64,000 bases of DNA, taken from positions 27,540 through 91,539 of IMG/VR virus record IMGVR_UViG_3300028423_000904; one strand, given 5' to 3'. A program made the translations under genes and the position numbers. Below are positions 29,901 to 39,584 of this stretch, piece by piece. Positions within the stretch are counted from its first letter, which is position 1; each line of letters opens with the position of its first letter. Source of the stretch: a virus. The notes under the pieces were generated by a model that did not search any database, had not been told where the DNA came from, and saw only the letters and a list, made by a program, of their open reading frames with translations.

Positions 29901-30949
29901 CAGCCAGTCAGGTAGTTTGTTGTGTCTCCACCTATGCCTGAAACATTGAGTTTACCATTAAACGCAAAGCTGTATGCACTTGCTGAATATGTCATATCAG
30001 AAGCATTGATATAAAATGTTTCTGCCTCCAATGTGTTATATGTGGTTGATGGATTATCAATATAACTTGAGGGCGGGCGACTATGAGGTTCAATTTGAAA
30101 GAATCCACAATGTATTCCGGTACCAGCTGTTCCTGTATATGCAACTTCGCCATTTGTATTCGTTGTGGGTGTTCCTGAATCCACAAACATAAGACCAAAT
30201 TTTTCACTGACAGTGGTAGAATCTTGATTCATCACAGCCCAAATTCGATACAGACCATTACCAAAATCTTCTATTCCCGAACCACCCAAGGATATCCCTG
30301 TGGCATTTTCTTGTGTTACAACGCCTTCTTGGAGATCGTATGTAACTAACGCATAGTTGTTCCCACCTGCGTAAAGCCACCAAGCAACATATCTTTGATC
30401 AATATCTTTTACGAAACATGATAATGAATACCAACCAATAGGCCAGTTGTTGTCTCGTATTACAACTCCCTTTTCTTCGTTGGTTGTATCAGTAATCGTC
30501 ATGCGTGTCATACTGGCGTTACTGTCAGGACCAGTTGCGTCGTTTGCAGTTAGCGTGACGCTATCACCACGATAGATAGCCCACAATCCATCAGCAACAC
30601 CAGCCACGGGATCATTTGAATATGGAACCTGGTTATTTGAATTTAATTCAAATAGCAAGCCTTCGTTGACCCATTCAGATCCGTTGTAAATGTAATGTGG
30701 GTATCTTGCTTCATTGGCAATTGCCGTTTGCATAATACCGTTTGCATCGAAATATGTGGCTGTGCTGTTTCTTGTAAAAACACACATGCTGGAAAAATCA
30801 GTATCTACGCCGTTTTCACGAAAATAATCGTTTTCAAAATCACAGACAGTGTCTGGTTCAATACTATTTGCGGTGTAATCAACAACTACACCTCCATTTG
30901 TATTGCGTAGCGATACAGAATTGAGAATTCCAATTGCGGTTCCAAGCAT
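26921..30949 (-). CDS. Large multidomain fibre/spike tip protein (T2) with LamG and carbohydrate-binding-like domains
   Basis: FTRNSTATYFD.NG; FDGVDDY; WYHCVFVR; GWIDDFRVY; ELITNGTFDTD; N-terminus MLGTAIG. Confidence 0.8.
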   Translation of the reverse strand: MLGTAIGILNSVSLRNTNGGVVVDYTANSIEPDTVCDFENDYFRENGVDTDFSSMCVFTRNSTATYFDANGIMQTAIANEARYPHYIYNGSEWVNEGLLFELNSNNQVPYSNDPVAGVADGLWAIYRGDSVTLTANDATGPDSNASMTRMTITDTTNEEKGVVIRDNNWPIGWYSLSCFVKDIDQRYVAWWLYAGGNNYALVTYDLQEGVVTQENATGISLGGSGIEDFGNGLYRIWAVMNQDSTTVSEKFGLMFVDSGTPTTNTNGEVAYTGTAGTGIHCGFFQIEPHSRPPSSYIDNPSTTYNTLEAETFYINASDMTYSASAYSFAFNGKLNVSGIGGDTTNYLTGWNNGVDNNNRYLIRWSENTGTHFGGDLPWETQLVAGGTVYTHTPAARPQSGYFTDFNVAWRNTTSELNTSINGSTETAISSGLPSISNSEFPLGSTSGQANGDFNGTMRVIRQWAGDISDGGIVEASSIGINDYTIYMNMQNIDNVLVINESDNEYQPERVGYVSKIEFPETFTNGIWFDGVDDYVRVPVNLGTTLIPVDTAWSVTFEYYPRHTVDASNRTILGAQYNQTGALWDAIRFDFDPSSGAPRFLIAREGQAQELIVPIDGSGNTVHWGGDPGRYTITCDALNNINFYYGNELLGTGSFDSANHPTTRLLDQFEIGATAYGGGGGSTDGVSYGSQIITHLAIYNGTEFTAQEVADLSSGSGVPYTPALEMNFDDNTGSTVTDVSGNNRNGTISGALWMASDIIPDSPIPTSIDSQGALHFNGASDTAESHIQISNTTGLLESGDVSVSLWFWLDPAGLNRRQFLWSTQSGVGTGRGLRIESDNTLQGVANGSSQLLLDTTDYPIGGSKWYHCVFVRERGGTGRLYLDGQEIDSNTLMDDRPSGADLTIGDNTPESTFDRKFQGWIDDFRVYEYALSPADVKDLYNLGTSITIYNLLSTNDVMRWYDPSDTSTMFTGSQGARTQVSANDDPVHIILDKGQQHDWSGELITNGTFDTDTSGWIPGDAASNLSQENGRLRITNGDATAGYAILDNFTPTIGVPYLIKFDIVAASTGTNFRFLFGGTDTSGTLSIGTYIYIITPTTTGNFILSNGNMSTNGAWVEWDNVSLEEIPGIHMQSGPAGTDKPLLKISDGKYWLETGGGADMSNITGDNSSFNFLHDGTGSEFAAAIRPSGSTNPNNLSTIFSTGDWATAEIGSSFGIEDRSGTSNNAWRWFVSSGSSGNPTFNVYTSDTISDTTSNYVIQGYYQEGFNPEYHLNSNQFNIYSGDSTFTPSASNATGAMTFFDRPSKSFGMSPGGRIYNLIFIDRVLRTSEREWVYNYISRKLPD

Positions 30950-31335
30950 TAAGCGATTGCTCCGATTTCACCAGAAATAATCCATGAGTCAGTTCCGGTT
31001 TTGATCAAGCTTGCTGCTTTATATTGTCCAGAAATATCTCCACCTCCGGCACTGACACCGTTTACAGTAACACCAGTATCTCCTGTAACAGAAGTTGTGC
31101 CGGCACCGATTTGATATATCACAACTACACTTCCAACATCAAATGCCACTGCGCTATTTGCTGGTATTGTAACAGTATTTGCACTTGCATTGTTCATCGT
31201 TACAACCTGACCGCGATCAGAAAGTGCCAGTGTATAAGTGGTTCCGGTTTGAGCATTCAAACTAGCTGTTTCAATAACACTTTCGTCGATTTCAGCACTG
31301 TTGAGAAATGTATTTTCTGTTGACGATACTGGCAT
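30949..31335 (-). CDS. Stand-alone TYTL..SD adaptor domain protein
   Basis: NAQTGTTYTLALSD...GEIGAIA; TAATG-coupled to T2. Confidence 0.75.
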   Translation of the reverse strand: MPVSSTENTFLNSAEIDESVIETASLNAQTGTTYTLALSDRGQVVTMNNASANTVTIPANSAVAFDVGSVVVIYQIGAGTTSVTGDTGVTVNGVSAGGGDISGQYKAASLIKTGTDSWIISGEIGAIA

Positions 31336-31344
31336 TGTAATTCC

Positions 31345-31695
31345 TTATTTGAGGAGGTCGTCGAGAGTGATCTTGACAAGCTCTTCTGGTGTTTTTGCAT
31401 TGTCGATTGCAGCATGTTTAGTAGCATCACGCAATTTTTGTTTCTTTTCAACAATTGGCTTGGTATCCTGTCCTTGCTCCATTGCTTTGAAGTAATCAAC
31501 ATCTAGCTGCTTTAATTCAGGCTCACGTGCCTGACGTATTTCATTTCTCTTGATTTCTTTTGCTTTATCCATATCGACTTCAATCAAATCATCATTAAAT
31601 TTCCAAGCATTACGAAACGCTCGACCCGATGTTGGAAGTTTCATTGATGAAACTTGACGTGTCTCTCCATGGATATTAATATAAGTTTCACTCAT
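31345..31695 (-). CDS. Fibre-assembly-chaperone-like protein
   Basis: FRNAW; DMDKAKEI....IR.AR...L..LDV.Y.KA.E; KKQKLRDAT. Confidence 0.6.
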   Translation of the reverse strand: MSETYINIHGETRQVSSMKLPTSGRAFRNAWKFNDDLIEVDMDKAKEIKRNEIRQAREPELKQLDVDYFKAMEQGQDTKPIVEKKQKLRDATKHAAIDNAKTPEELVKITLDDLLK

Positions 31696-32297
31696 TGTAA
31701 TTCTCCTTGATCAACCTGCTGATCTTGTTTGATTTTCCAAGCATTGCGGTAGGTCCTGTCAGTAGGGATTGCATGCCTAGGAACAATTTTTAAAATTTCT
31801 CTATTGCCTTTATAGTCTTTCCACACTCGATCAGGAATATCTTTCATGATTAGATATTCTATTGCCTCTTCTTCAGTCATGGCCCGCATAGGAGGTGTGT
31901 TGTGAAGTAAATGGCCTCGTGTATGGTGTTTAAAATTAGAATGTGCTTCGTCTTCTTTGAGTGCCCAGTAGACTTCTACGGGTGGCAGGATACCACCATG
32001 TGTAGCCATACCGAGCCAAGTGGGTGACGGGACAGTAACCTTGGCAGGCGCATCCAGATCGTCCGGATCTTCCCAGATGATCGCATATTGAGACTGAGGA
32101 AGATTTTTGCGAAAATTTTTAAAAACAGCTTCACGCTCGTAAAGACGAAAGAATGTGAAGTCTATGTCATAAACTGTTATTCTAGACCAATCACCGTCTA
32201 CATCATCCTTGTCAAAACCCGCAGACATACGTAGTCTTTGATCAAAGCTGTATTTCTGCCAAGGAAGTATGTTGTTATCTTTTCTATAATTTGTCAT
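31692..32297 (-). CDS. Hypothetical fibre-associated protein
   Basis: MTEEEAIEYLIMKDIP..VW; P.DRTYRNAW motif shared with next gene. Confidence 0.65.
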   Translation of the reverse strand: MTNYRKDNNILPWQKYSFDQRLRMSAGFDKDDVDGDWSRITVYDIDFTFFRLYEREAVFKNFRKNLPQSQYAIIWEDPDDLDAPAKVTVPSPTWLGMATHGGILPPVEVYWALKEDEAHSNFKHHTRGHLLHNTPPMRAMTEEEAIEYLIMKDIPDRVWKDYKGNREILKIVPRHAIPTDRTYRNAWKIKQDQQVDQGELQ

Positions 32298-32662
32298 GCG
32301 AGGACTCCTGCTCGAAAGCTATTTGCTCTATCATCGTCGTTGTTAGTCCCAGACATGTTTGAAATGCGCCAATCAATATCACCAGTAGTATACGGAGTTT
32401 GAGAATCATCGTTGAACATATTTCCACCATTACCGGATACAAGCCCGCAAGTTTCAGGCTCAGTTTCTAAGAAATTGTTAGTGTGGCTTTCAGTAAAAAG
32501 ACCTGTGCCGTTGTCAGTTATACTAGTATTATTATATGAATGAATAATTGTTTGTGTGGCGAGATTAGCATGAAGAGAAGATTTCATTGTTCCATGAATG
32601 ACAGCAGACGCAGGGACGCTATCGGTGCCATCACTATAATTTTCCACATTTAATGTGCTCAT
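32294..32662 (-). CDS. Small fibre accessory paralogue s3
   Basis: MSTLNV; N.TSITDNGTG. Confidence 0.7.
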   Translation of the reverse strand: MSTLNVENYSDGTDSVPASAVIHGTMKSSLHANLATQTIIHSYNNTSITDNGTGLFTESHTNNFLETEPETCGLVSGNGGNMFNDDSQTPYTTGDIDWRISNMSGTNNDDDRANSFRAGVLA

Positions 32663-33030
32663 GCGAGTGTGCCCTTATTTGCGAAGTGCGCATAATCAAG
32701 ATCAATTGCAGCCCCGCCGTTATCATCATTTGCTGCCAACCTGAAGCCGCTTGAGGTGGGAGCCGTGCCAACACCGTTTGATATTAACGGGTCTGCTCCC
32801 ACCACGCCTCCACCAAGTAAGATTGCATAGTTTGCATTGGCCATGCTGTTTGTGAACGAAAAATCATACCTTCCTGTTCCGCCATCAGTCACAGAACTGA
32901 CGTTGTAGCTATCTCTCAGGCTAATTGTCCCCGTTCCGTTAAGGTTAGCCCAAGCCTTCGCAATCCCCTCGATCCCGAAGCTGGTGCCACCTGCGCTTGG
33001 CGTGAAGTTGTCAACTGCTAATGTGCTCAT
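32659..33030 (-). CDS. Small fibre accessory paralogue s2
   Basis: Start MSTLAVD at ATGA overlap; AKAW.NLNGT..I.LRDS.NVSSVTD.GTG.Y. Confidence 0.7.
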   Translation of the reverse strand: MSTLAVDNFTPSAGGTSFGIEGIAKAWANLNGTGTISLRDSYNVSSVTDGGTGRYDFSFTNSMANANYAILLGGGVVGADPLISNGVGTAPTSSGFRLAANDDNGGAAIDLDYAHFANKGTLA

Positions 33031-33422
33031 GCTAGGTCTCCCCACATAGTTGCCCACATTTCTTGAGCGTCAAAGTCTGCTCCATTGTCTGTGGCTTGTG
33101 TAATCATAGAAATTTCTGAAGTAAGCTTATTTGTCATTGGACCAGAGCTAGTGTCAGATAAGGGATGGTGGTTAGCTGATATTCCATCACTAAACGGGGC
33201 AGTGCTATTCACCGCATAAGTGACCGCGTTAAAATTATTCGTGAAAGACGGAGTAATCTTACCTGCGGCATCGTCAGTAAAACTAGAGATATTTAAATCT
33301 ACGTCAATTGCCACATTAACTTGGTCTATAGTATACCAAGCCTTAGACGCACTCTGCCCCGTAAGCGTAACAGGCCCCGTGCCCGCTGTATTGCTGATTG
33401 TTGTTGCTCTTATTTCACTCAT
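33027..33422 (-). CDS. Small fibre accessory paralogue s1
   Basis: MSEIRATTI; SKAW; LNISSFTD. Confidence 0.7.
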   Translation of the reverse strand: MSEIRATTISNTAGTGPVTLTGQSASKAWYTIDQVNVAIDVDLNISSFTDDAAGKITPSFTNNFNAVTYAVNSTAPFSDGISANHHPLSDTSSGPMTNKLTSEISMITQATDNGADFDAQEMWATMWGDLA

Positions 33423-33431
33423 TTCATCTCT

Positions 33432-35204
33432 TTAAATGATGCGTAGATTACCACCAGATTGCACTGTAAGTGTTACACCAGTTGCGACTGTTAATGGTCC
33501 TGTGCAACTTGCGTTTTCTGTGCTGCCTATGGTTGTATCAGTATTTAGTGTTTGTTCATTAACACGGAAAATGTCACCTGCGCCGTTTGTCACGTCACCA
33601 GTGGTGCCATTTTCACCTTTGAAAAGTCCTGCTCCACTGCTTACATTACCAAATGCAGTGTCAATACCTTTAAGATGTGCTGCAAGGTCATCCACATCAC
33701 TGGCTTCTGAGATACTTGAATCTGGCGTGTAGTTTGCAGGATCCCACGTAATTGGAATCTGGTCACCATCTATAGAATCTACATTGATTAAGCCGGTTAC
33801 ATTGTAACGATATACTGTGATGTCTACTGCATCAAATGTACCTGATTCCACGAAAAATTGAACTGCATCATAAACAGTGGCCGAATCAATTATACCATTA
33901 AGAACCCGTGAACGATCACTACCAGTTGCACTTGAAGATTCAAATTTTGTATAATTGGTTTCTTTTGCACCAACAAATTTCAAATGTCCGTAATGACTGC
34001 TCGTTGCGGCAGCACTACCAAAATAAAGTTGTGTGTCTGTATTTGCATATGTATTGTCAGCGACGTTCATTAATTTGTATACAGAACCAGTTTCCAGTGT
34101 CGCACCTCCGTCTGCAGATACTCTTGCAAGAACGTTTTCACTGGCTGTTGATGAAAGACTGTTGACTACGATTTCACAAACATCATAACCGCTTATATCA
34201 ATATTTAATTGTGTGTCACCTGTTTCAAGATCAGCAGGTGCATAGGTATCGACTTGGATGCCGTTTGTAGTGTATACATTTACGGAACGATATTTGTAAA
34301 CGGTGATATCAACTACATCAAAACTACCAGTGGGGAGGTAAAATTGTAGCGTGTCATATACATCAGAAGTTTCAACTGAACCGTCACGTAACACGCTGGT
34401 AGAAGTCGCAGTTCCTGTAGAAGTTTTATATACTGTTACGTCTGATTTCCCGTGTCCTGTGAGTGTAATTATGCCACTAAGGCTATTAAAGGTATCAACC
34501 GAACCAAAAAATACACTGTCTCCATCATTTTGACTTGATGCTGAATCGGTAATAAATTGGTTACGGTAAACATTACCGCTCTCAACAGTGCTTCCTCCGT
34601 CTGTTGAAAGCCTCCATCTTGGTCTTTCAGACGTATCTGAAGAAATATCTGATACTGCAATTACTACTGAATCCGAATCAGACAAATCAATATTTAAATT
34701 ACCACTGACATCAACATCTGACAACGTATATGTTTCAACTGTCATATAGGGTTGTGTTGCAGGCCCTGAACTACCACCACCTGCTGTTAATAGCGCAGTA
34801 TCAATACCTTTGAGATGAGCAGCGAGGTCGTCAATATCACTGGCTTCTGCAATGCTTGAATCTGGCGTGTAATTTGCAGGATCCCAGGTAATTGGAATAA
34901 TATCACCGTCCAGCGTATCTTCACTAACTGTGGCATTGCCAATTGCAGTGTCAATACCTTTAAGATGTGCTGCAAGGTCATCTACATCACTGGCTTCTGC
35001 GATACTTGAATCTGGTGTGTAATTTGCAGGATCCCAACTGATTGTAAGAACATCACCGTCAAGCGTTGTGACGTCAACAGAGCTCAGGTCGGCAATATCT
35101 TGAGTTGTGGTTTTTCTACTATTTCCAGTTTGCACAATATAAACATTTTCTGTTCCTGAAAGTGCACTGGCATCAGTAAGTTCGGTAATTTTCTTATCAG
35201 CCAT
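33432..35204 (-). CDS. Fibre protein F3
   Basis: DKKITELT anchor; 3x NYTPDSS..EASD.DDLAAHLKGID; two LNID.S domains; C-terminal GPLTVATGVTLTV..GGNL.II. Confidence 0.75.
   Translation of the reverse strand: MADKKITELTDASALSGTENVYIVQTGNSRKTTTQDIADLSSVDVTTLDGDVLTISWDPANYTPDSSIAEASDVDDLAAHLKGIDTAIGNATVSEDTLDGDIIPITWDPANYTPDSSIAEASDIDDLAAHLKGIDTALLTAGGGSSGPATQPYMTVETYTLSDVDVSGNLNIDLSDSDSVVIAVSDISSDTSERPRWRLSTDGGSTVESGNVYRNQFITDSASSQNDGDSVFFGSVDTFNSLSGIITLTGHGKSDVTVYKTSTGTATSTSVLRDGSVETSDVYDTLQFYLPTGSFDVVDITVYKYRSVNVYTTNGIQVDTYAPADLETGDTQLNIDISGYDVCEIVVNSLSSTASENVLARVSADGGATLETGSVYKLMNVADNTYANTDTQLYFGSAAATSSHYGHLKFVGAKETNYTKFESSSATGSDRSRVLNGIIDSATVYDAVQFFVESGTFDAVDITVYRYNVTGLINVDSIDGDQIPITWDPANYTPDSSISEASDVDDLAAHLKGIDTAFGNVSSGAGLFKGENGTTGDVTNGAGDIFRVNEQTLNTDTTIGSTENASCTGPLTVATGVTLTVQSGGNLRII
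33655..35037. repeat. Three near-identical ~90 bp dispersed repeats (about 33655-33746, 34795-34886, 34945-35037)
   Basis: tcaataccttt.agatg.gc.gc.aggtc.tc.a.atcactggcttctg...a..cttgaatctgg.gtgta.tttgcaggatccca. Confidence 0.85.
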
Positions 35205-35250
35205 GTTGTGAATTCCTATTTCTAATATTTATATGTGTAATCTGGAAATA

Positions 35251-36915
35251 TTACTTCAACCCGTATATCACCATTGTTCCGCCTGTTGCGGCATTTCCAT
35301 TTTCTGAGTATGCTCTGAGATGACTTACTGCGCTGGTTGTTGCTGATAGATAGCCATATTGACTTGATCCGCCTGTTGATGTTCCATAGTTTCCCTGATA
35401 GAAAACATTCAAACCACCCTGATTCAAATTGAAAATATCAGTGATACCAAATGTTGTGGTTGTATTTGATGTGGTTATAGGTATACCATCTAGCGCCGTG
35501 TTGCTTGAAAATCCATCGTTCCATCTGTGGCTTTCATATGTAGATGTTGAATAAAATGTGGAGCCATTATCATCTGACAGACGCAATCTCACACCACTAG
35601 AGGTTCCAAAGGTCGAATCAATTACTATAACTTTTGCTGAAATGTATCCTGTGAGATCCACATCAATTTCATTTCCTGTGTCAAGGGTTTGTACGGAAAG
35701 ATCATAACTGCCGATCAATTCAAGTGATGAAGAAAGAGCACTATCAATGCCCTTGAGGTGCGCGGCAAGATCATCCGCATCATCCGCTTCAGATATGCTT
35801 GAGTCTGGTGTATAATTTGTAGGGTTCCAGGATACAGGAATTTTATCGCCATCGACTCCATCAATGTTGATGTTGCCACTTACATTATAACGATACACCG
35901 TTATGTCGACGCCATCAAAAGCACCAGTGTCAGCATATATATTTAGAGTATCATATACGTCAGTAGTCGGGACTACCCCTTCGCGTATATAAACCGAACC
36001 TCCTGAATCTTCAGATGCTGCGCATCGATAATAAGTGTGGTTTGGAGAATTGTGTCCGGTAATTTTGATATGTCCGATATAGCTGTTTGAAACATCTTGG
36101 TTTCCAAAAAAATCGTTTGCTACATTATTAAAATAGATTTCCCCAGTTGCATTGAGTGCCCATCTTTTGTGGTTCGTTGAATTAAAAGTTGATCCGCCAT
36201 CGGTTGAAAATCTAAATTCTGCTTTGTCGGCAAGTGTATTTGATATTTGACTAACAACAACTTCAGCAACATCATAACCTCCTAGATCTATGTTTAATTC
36301 CGTATTGGAGTTTACAAGATCTGACAAGCCATATGTTGTAACTTGCATCCCATCTGTAGTATAAACCACTGAAGAACTGTATTTGTAAACTGTGATATCA
36401 ACAGCGTCAAAATTTGCAGTTCCGGGCTGAACTTGTAGCGTATTATAAACAGTATTGTTATCTACAAAACCATCCCAGAAATACAATGCATCCTGTCCTA
36501 CTGTTCCATATGATGCACTGTATTTTGTCTTGTTTGTGGTGGCTGCACCGGTTATGTTGATAATACCATAATGATTTCCTGTGCTATCCCCAGTAGCACC
36601 ACCCCAAACAGCAACATAAGTGGCATTTGTATTCACAGCATTTGATGTCCCACTTGTTCGGATATTATTATAAATGTTAGTCACGGCGGTAGATCCGCTG
36701 TCTTCTGACAGATATAGTTCTCCACGATCTGCTGAATCAAGTGATAATGTACCTACGATTTCAACTGTGTCTGCACCAGATAAATCAATATTTAAATTAC
36801 CACTTCCATCAACATTCGATAAACCATAAGTTTCGATTGTTACGTAGGGCTGTGTAATTCCATCTGAACCTGAAAATATGGATAAAAATCCTTGTTCTTT
36901 GCTGTCTACTGCCAT
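35251..36915 (-). CDS. Fibre protein F2
   Basis: LNIDL domains; DDLAAHLKGID linker; late promoter TATAAATA 36937-36944. Confidence 0.75.
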   Translation of the reverse strand: MAVDSKEQGFLSIFSGSDGITQPYVTIETYGLSNVDGSGNLNIDLSGADTVEIVGTLSLDSADRGELYLSEDSGSTAVTNIYNNIRTSGTSNAVNTNATYVAVWGGATGDSTGNHYGIINITGAATTNKTKYSASYGTVGQDALYFWDGFVDNNTVYNTLQVQPGTANFDAVDITVYKYSSSVVYTTDGMQVTTYGLSDLVNSNTELNIDLGGYDVAEVVVSQISNTLADKAEFRFSTDGGSTFNSTNHKRWALNATGEIYFNNVANDFFGNQDVSNSYIGHIKITGHNSPNHTYYRCAASEDSGGSVYIREGVVPTTDVYDTLNIYADTGAFDGVDITVYRYNVSGNINIDGVDGDKIPVSWNPTNYTPDSSISEADDADDLAAHLKGIDSALSSSLELIGSYDLSVQTLDTGNEIDVDLTGYISAKVIVIDSTFGTSSGVRLRLSDDNGSTFYSTSTYESHRWNDGFSSNTALDGIPITTSNTTTTFGITDIFNLNQGGLNVFYQGNYGTSTGGSSQYGYLSATTSAVSHLRAYSENGNAATGGTMVIYGLK

Positions 36916-36939
36916 GACTAATCCTTGAATATCATATAT

Positions 36940-37920
36940 TTATAGCGTGTAAGTTCTTGATGTTCCGAAGCCGTATGTTTGTGCTGTGCGTGTCAATATA
37001 GGTGTCCAATCAGTGCTGTTGTTTGATGCCTGTAAAATATAACCTGCTGGTGCACGGTCAGATACTGATCCACTATCACGTGCTTTTAGGTAAAGTTCAC
37101 TTACAAATTGCTCATTTCCGCTACCAAAATCCCATTGTATCCATTCTGGATTTCCAACAGTGGATTCGGATGTAGCCCAATAGCCTGAACTGTTTGCAAA
37201 CGCTCCAGAAGCAGGATATGATCCTTGAGCAGAGGATGTAGAAGCGGAACCACCAACACTAACACAGAGATCTGTGCCTGAACCATCGCGTAATTCAATT
37301 TCATCCAAGCAAAATAAACGATTCCCTCCGCCGTCACTTTGAAAACAAAACAAACGCCAGTAACGATGAGCTACTGTTTGTGGTTGTTCTTGAAATAATT
37401 CTCTCTGGTCTGATAATTCATATGCTGTGGTGCTAGACGCAAAACCACCAGAGCCCAATGATAAAGTATTACTAGGAACACCACATAACGGTGTCCAGTT
37501 AACACCGTCATCTGAAAATTCAACAAGTGCTTGTCTAATTCTTTGAGATGATAAACCGCTCACAGGGGTGTGAACGATTTCTCTAATTGACCTTTCTTCA
37601 CCAGAACCAAAATCCCAGCCGATCCAAGCATCAAAATCTCCATTTTCAGCCCATTTCGAAGACCCGCTGTCAAATGCATTGCTTGGTGTATAACTGCTAT
37701 TGTATTGACCACTAGCAATTGCAGATCCCCCCACATTACCTGTGACATCTGGACCTCCAACTTCTTCTCGAAATTCAAGATTGCTCAACTGAACATTCGA
37801 ACTTCCATGCAAACAATATAGGCGCCAATACCTAGCCGATGGATATCCGCCATTTCCCAGTCCACGACGTTTACCGTTTGAACCAAATGAAGAGAAAGCA
37901 CCTGCCGCGGTTCCTAACAT
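36940..37920 (-). CDS. Tip protein T1 with two discoidin (F5/8 type C)-like domains
   Basis: RYWRL.C x2, W..WDFGSG x2; true start MLGTAAG at TAATG overlap. Confidence 0.75.
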   Translation of the reverse strand: MLGTAAGAFSSFGSNGKRRGLGNGGYPSARYWRLYCLHGSSNVQLSNLEFREEVGGPDVTGNVGGSAIASGQYNSSYTPSNAFDSGSSKWAENGDFDAWIGWDFGSGEERSIREIVHTPVSGLSSQRIRQALVEFSDDGVNWTPLCGVPSNTLSLGSGGFASSTTAYELSDQRELFQEQPQTVAHRYWRLFCFQSDGGGNRLFCLDEIELRDGSGTDLCVSVGGSASTSSAQGSYPASGAFANSSGYWATSESTVGNPEWIQWDFGSGNEQFVSELYLKARDSGSVSDRAPAGYILQASNNSTDWTPILTRTAQTYGFGTSRTYTL

Positions 37921-39485
37921 TAAGCTATTGCTCCAATCCCACCTGTTGCAATCCAATTATCAGAACCCAGTTTCATCAACGAAACTGCCTCATATTGAGA
38001 CGAAATATCACCTGAACCTGCACTGACATCATTGAGCGTTACACCTGTGTCGGCAGTAATCGTTGTTGCACCAGCACCAATTTGAATTACAGAAATTACT
38101 GCTCCTGTAGCAAAATTCACGGAAGCTTCTGTTGGTATTGTAACTGTGTTTGCACTTGCATTATCCATGGTTATTACTGATCCTGCATCATCTAAAACCA
38201 ACGTGTATGTAGTTCCGGTTTGTGTGTTTATCGTTGCATGACCAAATCGAATATCAATACCTTTTAAATGTGCCGCAAGATCATCTACATCACCTGCTTC
38301 TGCTGGAGAAGCATCAGGTGTATAATTGTCAGGTGTAAAATCAACAGGCACTGTGTCTCCGTCAATTGCATTTGAATTTACGTTCCCTGCAAAATTATAT
38401 CGATAGGCTACCACATCTAGTGAAGATATTGTTGTCCCGGAAACATAGAGTTTACATGCATTGTATACATCTGCGGTATTAACATATGCATCCCTGGTGG
38501 CGGCGCCGGACCCGGCCCCAGATGATACCTGTGCAGATGTGAAGTCAGTCTGATTATGGCCGGTTATTCTTAATACAAAATGGTGAGTAGTTTCTGAGCT
38601 AGATGGTGTTATTGGAATTTCAGTTCGTTCAGAATATGTTGGTGCCTGGTCAACTTTGAATTCGCGATAAACCGAGGCAGTTTCGTAAGTAGATCCGTTA
38701 TCAGTTGAAAATTGTAGATACGGTGCTGTATTAGCCGCAGCCGTGAGTGATCCTATAATCTCGATACAATCATAACCATCGAGACTAACAATAAGATCTG
38801 TATCTCCTGTTTCTAGGTCAGTGGCAGTATAGGATGTAACCTGAAGTCCATCAGTAGAATAAATATCACGGGTGACATATTTGTAAACAGTTACATCGAC
38901 AACGTCGAATGTTCCAGTTTCAACATATAATTGTAATGTATTATACGCATCAATAGTGTCAATAATACCAGACAGCACTCTTGATTTATTACTGTCTGGT
39001 GTGCCTGATGTTGTTTCAAACAAGGTATTTTGTGTTTGTGTGGCACCAACGAGCCGCATAACGCCATAATGTTCACCAGTACTTGTCGCACTACCAAAAT
39101 AAATTTGTGTTGTATCTGACGTATAAGTCGTGTCACCAATATTTAGAAGATGATACACAGACCCTGTTTCTAGAGTGCTGCCACCGTCTGTTGACACACG
39201 ACCCAAAACAGTTTCCGATGCTGTAGAGCTCAGCCCTTTTATTACGATTTCAACAATTTCTGCATCTGAAAGGTCAATATTAAGAGCAGCATTTCCTGCT
39301 TCTAAATCACCTGAACTGTATGTTTGCACTGTGAGAGCAGACGCTTGTGATCCACCGCCACCTCCCAGATCGGCAATATCCTGTGTTGTTGTTCTACGAC
39401 TATTGCCGCCCTGAACAACATGGATCAATTCCGTTCCAGCAAGAGCACTGGCTGCGGTTAAATCAGGTACCTTTTTATTAGCCAT
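37920..39485 (-). CDS. Fibre protein F1
   Basis: NKKVPDLT anchor; two LNIDL-type domains; DDLAAHLKGID; C-terminal TYTL..D adaptor ending GAIA. Confidence 0.75.
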   Translation of the reverse strand: MANKKVPDLTAASALAGTELIHVVQGGNSRRTTTQDIADLGGGGGSQASALTVQTYSSGDLEAGNAALNIDLSDAEIVEIVIKGLSSTASETVLGRVSTDGGSTLETGSVYHLLNIGDTTYTSDTTQIYFGSATSTGEHYGVMRLVGATQTQNTLFETTSGTPDSNKSRVLSGIIDTIDAYNTLQLYVETGTFDVVDVTVYKYVTRDIYSTDGLQVTSYTATDLETGDTDLIVSLDGYDCIEIIGSLTAAANTAPYLQFSTDNGSTYETASVYREFKVDQAPTYSERTEIPITPSSSETTHHFVLRITGHNQTDFTSAQVSSGAGSGAATRDAYVNTADVYNACKLYVSGTTISSLDVVAYRYNFAGNVNSNAIDGDTVPVDFTPDNYTPDASPAEAGDVDDLAAHLKGIDIRFGHATINTQTGTTYTLVLDDAGSVITMDNASANTVTIPTEASVNFATGAVISVIQIGAGATTITADTGVTLNDVSAGSGDISSQYEAVSLMKLGSDNWIATGGIGAIA

Positions 39486-39584
39486 GTTAAAATCCTCTAT
39501 TTCTGATATTTATATCACGAATAGAATGCTATGAAGAAATTTAGCAGGTATAATTTCATTAAATTGCTCTTATACCTAACTCAG

